NCBI GenBank assembly: GCA_001430755.1
Contig: CP013062.1
Span: 450,001 to 482,000, forward strand
Reading direction: 5' to 3'
DNA: 32,000 nucleotides
Source: Candidatus Peribacter riflensis
Lineage (GTDB): Bacteria; Patescibacteriota; Gracilibacteria; Peribacterales; Peribacteraceae
Part shown: positions 1 to 7,394 of the stretch, piece after piece
Layout of the letters: each line of letters starts with the position of its first letter
Numbering within the stretch: position 1 is the stretch's first letter
Notes under the pieces: model-generated
Told to the model about the DNA's origin: nothing
The model's input: only the letters and a program-made list of their open reading frames with translations
Databases searched by the model: none
Program-made: the position numbers and the translations under genes

Positions 1-171
1 TTTGAGACATTCCTGCGCTTTCAGGAACAGCGAAAAAGCTTCGTGCAGGAGCTCTTCCGTCATCCGGAGGAGGATGCGCTGCCGGTGGATAAAGAGGAAT
101 TTTTCGAGGCTCCACCCCCCCCACCCCCTCCGCCGCCCCCTCCGCCCGAGGAGCACCGCATGTACCGGTGA
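1..171 (+). CDS. 3' end of a partial CDS (hypothetical protein with a 12-residue poly-proline tract)
   Basis: Frame 1 is open from the window edge to TGA at 169-171. It reads FETFLRFQEQRKSFVQELFRHPEEDALPVDKEEFFEAPPPPPPPPPPPPEEHRMYR. GC3-rich codon usage matches neighbouring genes. It has no Met because it is truncated by the window edge. Confidence 0.4.
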   Translation, partial: FETFLRFQEQRKSFVQELFRHPEEDALPVDKEEFFEAPPPPPPPPPPPPEEHRMYR

Positions 172-226
172 GGACTTTTGCAACTTCTCGCTTATGTCTC
201 TGCGGATCATGCTCTAGAATGGGGGC

Positions 227-559
227 ATGCCAGAGTACGCCGATTCCGATTTCTTCTACTTCGACACCGAGAAGCGCGTGATTATCGGGCCGGTGCAGTG
301 GTCGAAGACCGGCACTGTGCAACCGCTCGAAAAACCGGAGACACCCGGAGAAGGACCCGAGCGCAAGTGGCGGGGCAAGCGGCGCAAGGAGTACTACATC
401 TGGGGCACCTACCGGTCCCTCAAGCGTCTGTACAACCTGGAGGGCAAGACGAGGCGCGAAGAGAACACGCAGACGCTCGACGAAGCCATGGAGCGCTCGC
501 TCAAAGAACCCTACTGGAATTCGGCGCCTCCGGTCGAGCAGCCGTTAGCGAGCCAGTGA
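227..559 (+). CDS. hypothetical basic protein (110 aa)
   Basis: ATG-initiated ORF with host-like codon usage. TAGAAT (215-220) lies 6 nt upstream of the ATG. The 3' end overlaps the convergent fbp by 15 nt. I recognise no motif. Confidence 0.5.
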   Translation: MPEYADSDFFYFDTEKRVIIGPVQWSKTGTVQPLEKPETPGEGPERKWRGKRRKEYYIWGTYRSLKRLYNLEGKTRREENTQTLDEAMERSLKEPYWNSAPPVEQPLASQ

Positions 560-1318
560 GGCGCAGACGCGGGCCACTTCGTTCTTGGAGCCGATGATCA
601 GCGGGCAGCGCTGGTCCACGGCAGTGATCGGAATATCCAGAATTTCCTTCTCGCCGTCCGTTGCGGCACCTCCTGCCTGTGCAGCGAGATAGGCGAACGG
701 GCCGCACTCAAAGGCGTGGCGCAGTTTGCCCTGCGGATACTTCTTGCTCGCAGGGAAGGTGAAGATGCCCTGCCCTTTGCTGAAGATGTGATGGACGTCG
801 GCGACCAGGCAGCCGGAGTACCGCAGGGTCATCTGCTGCGCCATCCACGATTCCACGATGTCGCGGTATCCGTCGGTCTCGTCGATGCCGCGCAGGTTTC
901 CCGGGCTGAAGTTCTTGGCGTTGTCGCCGATGCCCAGATGCTCACGGAGCAGGACGAATTCCCCCACATCATTCAAGAGGAATTCGTGCACGCCGCTGCC
1001 CGTGGAGTACACGAACAACGTGCGCGGTCCGTAGAGGACGTAGAGAGCAGCCACCTGTTCGCGCGGGGTGTGCCCGATGATTTCTTTGCCTTCGTAGATG
1101 CCGAAGATGGAACCGATGGCCAGATTGGCATCGACGAGGGAAGAGCCGTCTAAGGGGTCGAACGTAACGGAGTAGGGGGCATCGGGCGAGAGCTCCACGA
1201 CGGTGTCGTGCTCCTCGCAGGCGTAGGAGGCCACGAGGCGATTCTCGGCGAGATGCTCCTGGATGATGCGGTCACTGAGCACATCGAGCTTGACCTGTTC
1301 CTCGCCGAACATGTTCAC
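545..1318 (-). CDS. fbp: fructose-1,6-bisphosphatase class 1; the homologous coding sequence appears to continue upstream to 1504
   Basis: FBPase I signatures are present: GEEQVKLDV, DPLDGSS, LRYSGCLVADVHH and KLRHAFECGPFAYLAAQAGG. The ORF-track start is a GTG at 1318. In-frame codons 1319-1460 still encode the conserved FBPase N-terminal helices (SLNGHLFHV...LINDLARAAKYISYAIK). See findings. Confidence 0.9.
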   Translation of the reverse strand: MNMFGEEQVKLDVLSDRIIQEHLAENRLVASYACEEHDTVVELSPDAPYSVTFDPLDGSSLVDANLAIGSIFGIYEGKEIIGHTPREQVAALYVLYGPRTLFVYSTGSGVHEFLLNDVGEFVLLREHLGIGDNAKNFSPGNLRGIDETDGYRDIVESWMAQQMTLRYSGCLVADVHHIFSKGQGIFTFPASKKYPQGKLRHAFECGPFAYLAAQAGGAATDGEKEILDIPITAVDQRCPLIIGSKNEVARVCASLAR

Positions 1319-1463
1319 CGATCCCGCGAGGCCGGCCTCTGTCGTCTTGATGGCGTAACTGATGTACTTCGCGGCGCGCGCGAGATCATTGATGAGGTGC
1401 CGCAGCTTGTCGGGTGCCTTGGAAACGTGAAAGAGGTGGCCGTTGAGGCTGCGCTGTTCTGCC

Positions 1464-1503
1464 GGGACGGAGGGGGAGGGGGTCAGGGGGTGAGGGGGGA
1501 GGG
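1464..1503 (+). other. G-run cluster (potential G-quadruplex on + strand; C-rich in the gap-fbp mRNA)
   Basis: GGGacGGaGGGGGaGGGGGtcaGGGGGtgaGGGGGGaGGG. It contains five or more runs of G3-6 separated by 1-3 nt. Confidence 0.5.
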
Positions 1504-1504
1504 A

Positions 1505-2518
1505 TTACCGGAGCAGCGTGCCGACCTGAAGGGTCATCTCCGTCACGCGCATCGCGTAACCCCACTCATTGTCGTACCAGGCGAGTATTTGCACCAGATT
1601 TCCGTCGATGACATTCGTCGAATCCAGATCCACCGTGCTGGAATGCGGATCGCTGAGGTAATCGGATGAGACGAGGAGGCCTTCTTCCACCGCCAGAATG
1701 CCTTTGAGTTCTCCTTCCGACGCCTCGCGGAGCTTGCTGTTGATTTCTGCGGGGCTCGCCGGAGCGTTCAGTTCGAGCACGAGGTAGGCCGCCGAGACAT
1801 CGGGGATCGGAATGCGCAGCGCCATGCCGTCCAATTTTCCTTTGAGGTGCGGGAATACTTTGCCCACTGCTTTGGCAGCACCAGTCGTCGAGGGAATGAT
1901 ATTGAGCGCTGCGGCGCGCGCGATGCGCAGTTTCGAGCTTTCTGTGGCGTTGTCGAGGAGATTTTGGGAGCTGGTGTACGAGTGCGTAGTGCACATGAGG
2001 CCGCGCTTGATGCCCTTCCAGGAATCCAACACCTTGATGACCGGCGCAATACAGTTCGTAGTGCAGGAAGCGGCACTCACGATCGGTAACGCGCTCTTCA
2101 GGAGGTCATCGTTCACGCCGCGGACGATCATGGGTGTGTCGTCCTTTGGAGGGGCAGTGATGATGACGGCTTTCGCTCCTGCGGTCAGGTGTGCCTGTGC
2201 CTTCTCGCGCGTGCGGAACTTGCCCGTCGCTTCGACCACCACATCCACCTTGAGGTCTTTCCAGGGACATTTGGCCGGATCTTTTTCCCGAATCACGCGG
2301 ACGGGTTTTCCTTCGATGCGCAGGTCTTCGCCCTCTACCTCCACGGCACGGTCACATCTGCCATGGAGCGTGTCGTACTTGAGCAGGTACTTGCGCATCG
2401 CCGCATCACTCGATGCATTGATCGCAACAACTTCCACTTCCTGTGGGAACCGCGTGAGGAGCTGGCGGTGGACGATCCTTCCGATGCGTCCGTATCCATT
2501 AATGGCTACTCTCAACAT
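1505..2518 (-). CDS. gap: glyceraldehyde-3-phosphate dehydrogenase, type I
   Basis: N-terminal INGYGRIGR Rossmann motif, active-site SCTTNC, and C-terminal WYDNEWGY. The 337 aa length is typical for the family. Confidence 0.96.
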   Translation of the reverse strand: MLRVAINGYGRIGRIVHRQLLTRFPQEVEVVAINASSDAAMRKYLLKYDTLHGRCDRAVEVEGEDLRIEGKPVRVIREKDPAKCPWKDLKVDVVVEATGKFRTREKAQAHLTAGAKAVIITAPPKDDTPMIVRGVNDDLLKSALPIVSAASCTTNCIAPVIKVLDSWKGIKRGLMCTTHSYTSSQNLLDNATESSKLRIARAAALNIIPSTTGAAKAVGKVFPHLKGKLDGMALRIPIPDVSAAYLVLELNAPASPAEINSKLREASEGELKGILAVEEGLLVSSDYLSDPHSSTVDLDSTNVIDGNLVQILAWYDNEWGYAMRVTEMTLQVGTLLR

Positions 2519-2524
2519 GGATGA

Positions 2525-2552
2525 ATGATACGCAAACTTTCGCCGAAGGCAA
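2525..2552 (-). promoter_or_regulatory. putative gap promoter: TTGCCT-16-TATCAT, with the -10 ending 6 nt from the ATG
   Basis: The reverse complement reads TTGCCTtcggcgaaagtttgcgTATCATtcatccATG. No SD is present. Confidence 0.45.
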
Positions 2553-2576
2553 ACCGGCCAGTTACGCTCTCACGCC

Positions 2577-3635
2577 TCATCCAAACATTCCCACGAAGAT
2601 GCCCAGAACTGCGAAGAAGGCTCCGATGATCCACAGGCGCATGGTCACCTTGCTCTCGCCCCACTGCAGGGCTTCGAAGTGATGGTGCAGGGGGGCGGCA
2701 CGGAACACTTTCTTGCCGCCACGGAGTTTCTTGCTCGTCAGTTGGATGATGACTGAGAGCATCTCAATGACGAAGACGAAACCGACGAGTGGCAGCACGA
2801 GCACCTGGTCGATCATGAGAGCGATGACCCCGAGTACGCTGCCGAGCGCGAGTGCGCCCGTATCACCCATAAAGAAGAGGGCGGGGGGAACGTTGTGCCA
2901 CAGGAAGGCAGTGGTCGCCCCTGCGGAGACCGCGCAGAATGCGGCGAGAACAGTCAGACCTTTGAGATAGGCGAGCACCGCGAATGCAAGAAAAGCGATG
3001 GTGAGCAAACCGCCTGCCAGTCCATCCAGCCCGTCCGTGACGTTCACGGCGTTCGCCGTTCCGACGATGATGAAGATGAAGACGGGGATGTACCACGCTC
3101 CGAGTGCCAGGGATCCATTGAAGGGCACGTGAATCGTATCGTAATCCAGTTTGAAGTAGAACCAGAGTGCTCCGGCTGTGGAGAGGGCGAGGAGTGTCAG
3201 GAGTTTCGGGAGCCAATCGAGGCCGCGCTTCTTGCCGACGCAGTGCACATTGAGCAGGTCATCTATGGCACCGAGGAGCCCGAAAGAGACGAGCATGAAG
3301 AGCGGAAGGTAGACCTGTCCGCGTTGGAGAATGGAGCGCTCCACGATGCCGAAGTACGAGAGAGCGCGCGACAGGAGCACGGTCACCAGAATCGATCCCC
3401 AGATGAGAATGCCTCCCATGGTGGGCGTGCCGGACTTGTTGCGGTGGAACCAGGTGAAGACCGGCGCTGTTCCGCCGTCCACGGTCTCGGTTCTCAGCTG
3501 CTTGCCGATGCGGTATTTCACGAGCAGGCGGTAGTACCAGGGTGTGACGAGGCTGCCGATCGCGAAAGCGATGAGCGCGTAGAGGAGGATCGCGATGAGC
3601 GGAATCTCGGGCCGGACAGGGATGAACTCTTGCAT
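2577..3635 (-). CDS. mraY: phospho-N-acetylmuramoyl-pentapeptide transferase
   Basis: Polytopic membrane protein with the MraY motifs NAVNVTDGLDGLAGG, FMGDTGALALG and APLHHHFE. Confidence 0.95.
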   Translation of the reverse strand: MQEFIPVRPEIPLIAILLYALIAFAIGSLVTPWYYRLLVKYRIGKQLRTETVDGGTAPVFTWFHRNKSGTPTMGGILIWGSILVTVLLSRALSYFGIVERSILQRGQVYLPLFMLVSFGLLGAIDDLLNVHCVGKKRGLDWLPKLLTLLALSTAGALWFYFKLDYDTIHVPFNGSLALGAWYIPVFIFIIVGTANAVNVTDGLDGLAGGLLTIAFLAFAVLAYLKGLTVLAAFCAVSAGATTAFLWHNVPPALFFMGDTGALALGSVLGVIALMIDQVLVLPLVGFVFVIEMLSVIIQLTSKKLRGGKKVFRAAPLHHHFEALQWGESKVTMRLWIIGAFFAVLGIFVGMFG

Positions 3636-3710
3636 AGAGGCAGAGTAGCACGATGCCGTTCCTAGCCCTAACCCTAGCCCCAGGCATAGGGTGAGGAATA
3701 GGGTGAAGGA

Positions 3711-5066
3711 TTAGGCGGAATGTACTTTATCAATATCGTAGAACCGCATCTGCTCTTTCTTGAAGAGGAGTTCGACGCGGCCGATGGGGCCGTTGCGGTG
3801 CTTGCGGATGTAGATGTCCGTCACGCCGGGGCGGTCGCTATCCTCCTCGTAGTAGTCTTCGCGGTACATCATCAGTACGACGTCGGCATCCTGCTCGATG
3901 GAACCCGAATCGCGCAGGTCCGAGAGCTGCGGGATATTACCCGGGCGGCTCTCGACGGCACGTGAGAGTTGTGAGAGAGCGACGATGGGCACGTGGAGTT
4001 CGCGTCCGAGTTGTTTTAAGGAGCGCGAGATTTCTGAAATTTCCTGCACGCGGTTGCCGGCGTAACTGGCGTTGCCCGTGCTCATGAGTTGCAGGTAATC
4101 GATGATCAGGAGCTCTAAACCGTGTTCCATCTGGAGTCTACGTGCCTTGGCCCGCAGCTCCGGAATAGTGGAGGCGACGGAGTCATCGATAAAAATATTC
4201 GCCTTGTTGAGTTCATCCATAATCGGGCCCATGTTCTGAAAATCGGTGTCATCCAGTTTGCCGCGCTGCAGTTTCCAGGAATCCACGCCCAGCATTGAGG
4301 CGAACAGGCGGTCCACCAATTGCTCCTTGCTCATTTCGAGCGAGAAGATGCCCACGTTCTTGCGGCCGCGGATAGCGGCATTCTGCGCGATATTGAGGGC
4401 GAGGGCGGTTTTACCCATGCTGGGGCGTCCTGCAATGACGACGAGATCACTGGGCTGCAGGCCCGAGAGTTTCATGTCGAGGGATTTGAACCCGGTGGGC
4501 ACGCCCTTCACGCTGTCTTCATCCTGCGCCTCGTGCATCTCGGCGAAGCGCTCGTAGCGGGCAGCGAGCACATCGCGAATGTGGATGAATTTGTCTTTGA
4601 GGTACATGTTCGAGATCTCGAAGACGGATTTCTCGACCTGATCCAAGAGTTCGGCGACCGGTTTTTCCTCTTCGTAGCCGAGCCCCGTAATGTGCTGCCC
4701 GGCGGCGATGATGCGGCGGTGCACGGCTTTGGTCTTCACGATCTGGCCGTACTGGTACACGTGCGAGGAGGTGGGGACCTCGGAAGCGAGCTCGGCGAGG
4801 AATGAGCTGCCGCCGGCCTTCTGCACCTTTTCGTTCGCGGCAAGCTTCGTCGAGACGGTGACGAAATCTACCGGCTCGTGACCCATGTAGAGGTCATGGA
4901 CCCCTTGGTAAATCTCACGCAGGGTCGGGTCGTAGAAATCCTGCGGGGTCAAAAAATCACTCACTTTGATCACGGCCTCGGGATCCACCAGGAGTGCGCC
5001 GAGCACTGTCCGTTCGGCCTCGATAGAGTGCGGCTGTGTAGTGATGGCGGGGGTCGTTACTGCCAT
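3711..5066 (-). CDS. dnaB: replicative DNA helicase
   Basis: DnaB N-terminal domain (PHSIEAERTVLGALL), Walker A GRPSMGKTALAL, and LIIDYLQLM / SQLSRAVE motifs. At 451 aa there is no intein. Confidence 0.96.
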   Translation of the reverse strand: MAVTTPAITTQPHSIEAERTVLGALLVDPEAVIKVSDFLTPQDFYDPTLREIYQGVHDLYMGHEPVDFVTVSTKLAANEKVQKAGGSSFLAELASEVPTSSHVYQYGQIVKTKAVHRRIIAAGQHITGLGYEEEKPVAELLDQVEKSVFEISNMYLKDKFIHIRDVLAARYERFAEMHEAQDEDSVKGVPTGFKSLDMKLSGLQPSDLVVIAGRPSMGKTALALNIAQNAAIRGRKNVGIFSLEMSKEQLVDRLFASMLGVDSWKLQRGKLDDTDFQNMGPIMDELNKANIFIDDSVASTIPELRAKARRLQMEHGLELLIIDYLQLMSTGNASYAGNRVQEISEISRSLKQLGRELHVPIVALSQLSRAVESRPGNIPQLSDLRDSGSIEQDADVVLMMYREDYYEEDSDRPGVTDIYIRKHRNGPIGRVELLFKKEQMRFYDIDKVHSA

Positions 5067-5075
5067 GAGGACCGG

Positions 5076-5103
5076 ATTGTAATGACTCGGGGCTCTGCGG
5101 CAA
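5076..5103 (-). promoter_or_regulatory. putative dnaB promoter: TTGCCG-16-TACAAT, 9 nt from the ATG
   Basis: The reverse complement reads TTGCCGcagagccccgagtcatTACAATccggtcctcATG. Confidence 0.45.
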
Positions 5104-5126
5104 TGAAACCCGCTTGAAGAGGACCT

Positions 5127-5150
5127 AAAATGCTCTCTCTTGTGAGAGAG
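5127..5150 (-). terminator. putative intrinsic terminator downstream of the Nudix gene
   Basis: 7-bp stem ctctctc/gagagag (5133-5139 / 5144-5150) with a 4-nt loop. On the minus strand it is followed by CAUUUUAGG. Confidence 0.45.
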
Positions 5151-5190
5151 AATTGTGGAAGGAGTGTGGAAAGATCAACAGGGAAAATCT

Positions 5191-5697
5191 TCACAGTCCT
5201 TCCTTCCGTGCGTAGAAGAGCAGGCCAAAAGCACTGGGCAGGTGCACGTGGGAGCTGCCGCAAACCTTTTCAATGGCCTCTGGAACGGAGCATTCGTAGG
5301 TTTCGATCAATTCCGTATCATCGGGCGGAAGAGGATCGGGCGTGAGCTTTCGCGCGACGAAGACGTGGTTGATGGAAGGGAAGCCTTCGGAATGGCTCCC
5401 TTTGCACAGGAAAGAGATGTCGTCTGCCCGGTAGCCCGTTTCTTCCTGCAGTTCCCGCAGGGCAGCCGCCTTCGGATCCGGCTCTTTGTTCACGCGCCCT
5501 GTGGGGAGCATCCAGATGTAGTCCTTGAAGAATGGACGGAATTCACGGATGAGCACGACTTTCCCTGCATCGGTGATGGCAATGATGTGAGCGGTATCGC
5601 AGCGGGTGACGCGTGCGACGCGCTTGACCTTGCCGTTCGGGAGGGGGGCTTCCTCGAAGGTGACACGCCAGCCGTGGCCTGAATAAAGCTCTTCCAT
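5191..5697 (-). CDS. Nudix hydrolase
   Basis: Nudix box GRVNKEPDPKAAALRELQEETGY with correct G-to-RE spacing. The ORF track begins at a TTG at 5745. I prefer the ATG at 5697 (MEELYSG...) because TACAAT (5705-5710) lies 7 nt upstream of it. Confidence 0.85.
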   Translation of the reverse strand: MEELYSGHGWRVTFEEAPLPNGKVKRVARVTRCDTAHIIAITDAGKVVLIREFRPFFKDYIWMLPTGRVNKEPDPKAAALRELQEETGYRADDISFLCKGSHSEGFPSINHVFVARKLTPDPLPPDDTELIETYECSVPEAIEKVCGSSHVHLPSAFGLLFYARKEGL

Positions 5698-5739
5698 TGA
5701 GGTTATTGTATACCTTTCTGCTCCGCTCGTTAGGATTTG

Positions 5740-5782
5740 GGACAAAGGATGAAGGACTAAGGACAGAGGACTAAGGACGAAG
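5740..5782. repeat. left arm of the inverted repeat enclosing the four-helix-bundle gene
   Basis: The 25-nt core ggactaaggacagaggactaaggac (5754-5778) is the exact reverse complement of 6162-6186. The outer ggacaaagg (5740-5748) pairs with 6199-6207. Confidence 0.9.
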
Positions 5783-6145
5783 TGCTTTCAGATGATCCAT
5801 TTTTGTAATAAGAGCATTGAGAAGCCGCTGCACCTCACGACAGTCTCTCAACAACTCATCATGCTTGTTTTCTATGAGGTAGTCGACTTTATGGCAGTAA
5901 TAGAGAAAGCTCATAACTTCGGTAAGTTCTCCACGCGCTTGCACGTATTTGTGCATCTTATCGGCGAATGTGTACCGACCGAAACCCTCTGCGATATTTG
6001 CTGCAACAGAGAGGATCGCGCGACGTAATTGTGGCGTGACGCCGAATTGCTCATCCTTCGGGAATTCCTTGGTGGCACGATGGATGCTGATCGCAAGAGC
6101 CATCGCCTTCTGCCAGGGTCCGAATATTGTGAAGTCCCTTTCCAT
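5771..6145 (-). CDS. four-helix-bundle protein (23S rRNA intervening-sequence protein / Avd-like family)
   Basis: 124 aa. The family hallmarks as I remember them are present: W..A..LA..I...T..FPK.E.FG...QLRRA..SV..NIAEG.GR and Y...A.GE..E. No search was run. Confidence 0.85.
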   Translation of the reverse strand: MERDFTIFGPWQKAMALAISIHRATKEFPKDEQFGVTPQLRRAILSVAANIAEGFGRYTFADKMHKYVQARGELTEVMSFLYYCHKVDYLIENKHDELLRDCREVQRLLNALITKMDHLKALRP

Positions 6146-6157
6146 AACTCACGATCT

Positions 6158-6207
6158 CTTAGTCCTTAGTCCTCTGTCCTTAGTCCTTAGCCCTTTCCCC
6201 TTTGTCC
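6158..6207. repeat. right arm of the inverted repeat enclosing the four-helix-bundle gene
   Basis: cttagtccttagtcctctgtccttagtccttagccctttcccctttgtcc. Its reverse complement matches the left arm, with one extra ggctaa-type unit. It ends on the first base of the recA stop codon (6207). Confidence 0.9.
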
Positions 6208-7268
6208 TAAATCTCCGCTGCTTTCCGGACCTCCTTTTCCAATTGCTCCGTCAGTTTCATCTGCTGGGCGAGCGTGAGGCAGGCGGCGATGCGACCCTGC
6301 CCGAGTGCCTCTTCTCCGTAGCGGAAGTGCGTGCCGGATTTTTCGACGATGCCGTATTTGACCCCGAGATCGAGCAGATCCCCCTCGCGGTTGATGCCCT
6401 TGGCATAGAGGATGTCGAACTCGGCCTGCCGGAAGGGCGGAGCGATTTTGTTCTTCACGACTTTTACGCGGGTGCGGTTGCCGACGATTTCCTGGTCCCC
6501 TTCGCCTTTCTCGAGGATTTTATCGATGCGGCGCACATCCAGACGGACGGAGGCGTAGAACTTGAGGGCGTTGCCGCCCGTGGTGGTCTCGGGATTGCCG
6601 AACATCACGCCGATCTTCATGCGCATCTGATTGATGAAGATAATAGTGGTATTCGTCTTGCTGACGATGGCCGTGAGTTTGCGTAACGCCTGGCTCATGA
6701 GGCGGGCATGCAAACCCAAATGGCTGTCGCCCATCATGCCCTCAATTTCCGCGCGCGGTGTCAGGGCCGCCACGGAGTCCACGACAATCAGGTCGATGCC
6801 GGCTGAACGTACCAAGGTCTCGGTGATCTCGAGGGCCTGCTCGCCGTCATCCGGCTGCGAGACCAAGAGGGCATCGATATCCACGCCGATCTTCTTGGCG
6901 TACTGCACGTCCAATGCGTGTTCCGCATCGATGAAGGCTGCCTTGCCGCCGCGTTTCTGCGCCTGTGCGATCACGTGGAGCGCGAGGGTGGTCTTGCCGG
7001 AAGATTCGGGACCGTAGATCTCGACGATGCGGCCTTTGGGAATGCCGCCACCGAGTGCGATGTCGAGGGAAGTGGCACCGGAAGGGATGCATTCGATCTT
7101 GACGGCGTGTTCGTCACCCATGCGCATGATGGCTCCGGCGCCGTACTGTTTTTCGATCTGCGCGAGAGCGGCCTTCAGGGCTTCCTCTTTCGGATTCTTA
7201 CTGGTGGAGTGCGTTGACTCTTTTGGCAGAGTGGTCATATCGGCTTTGGAAGAAAGTGCTTTTGCCAT
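6207..7268 (-). CDS. recA: recombinase RecA
   Basis: Walker [13 protein letters not shown], plus [17 protein letters not shown] and [38 protein letters not shown]. Confidence 0.98.
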   Translation of the reverse strand: MAKALSSKADMTTLPKESTHSTSKNPKEEALKAALAQIEKQYGAGAIMRMGDEHAVKIECIPSGATSLDIALGGGIPKGRIVEIYGPESSGKTTLALHVIAQAQKRGGKAAFIDAEHALDVQYAKKIGVDIDALLVSQPDDGEQALEITETLVRSAGIDLIVVDSVAALTPRAEIEGMMGDSHLGLHARLMSQALRKLTAIVSKTNTTIIFINQMRMKIGVMFGNPETTTGGNALKFYASVRLDVRRIDKILEKGEGDQEIVGNRTRVKVVKNKIAPPFRQAEFDILYAKGINREGDLLDLGVKYGIVEKSGTHFRYGEEALGQGRIAACLTLAQQMKLTEQLEKEVRKAAEI

Positions 7269-7295
7269 GGTAGGGTTGAGGAAAGAGGGGAGAAA

Positions 7296-7313
7296 GGTGT
7301 AAATTCGTACACC
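7296..7313. promoter_or_regulatory. operator-like palindrome GGTGTA-N6-TACACC, proximal to recA
   Basis: ggtgtaaattcgtacacc lies 28-45 nt upstream of the recA ATG. On the minus strand it sits immediately downstream of a candidate -10 (TACATT). Confidence 0.45.
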
Positions 7314-7376
7314 AATGTACTCATCCTGATTACCATGCGCAATGACAATCTCTTGCAGAATAAGACAAAGAGTGAT

Positions 7377-7394
7377 GGTGTATTATTGTACACC
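7377..7394. promoter_or_regulatory. operator-like palindrome GGTGTA-N6-TACACC, distal to recA
   Basis: ggtgtattattgtacacc has the same half-sites as 7296-7313 and starts 81 bp away. It overlaps the stop codon of the upstream lipoprotein gene. Confidence 0.4.

Noticed and set aside
3661-3716. Telomere-like CCCTAA/CCCTAG repeats and the tandem ATAGGGTGA(A)GGA x2 in the dnaB-mraY spacer
   Set aside because: There are only 2-3 units, inside a 75-bp bacterial intergenic spacer. The two halves are only weakly complementary. This is probably a degenerate relative of the unit-built repeats seen elsewhere, too weak to call on its own.
5771-6145. The four-helix-bundle (Avd-like) gene as part of a diversity-generating retroelement
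   Set aside because: Avd homologues accompany DGR reverse transcriptases. This window has no RT gene and no template/variable repeat pair with A-specific mismatches. The gene is better explained as an IVS-type cassette.
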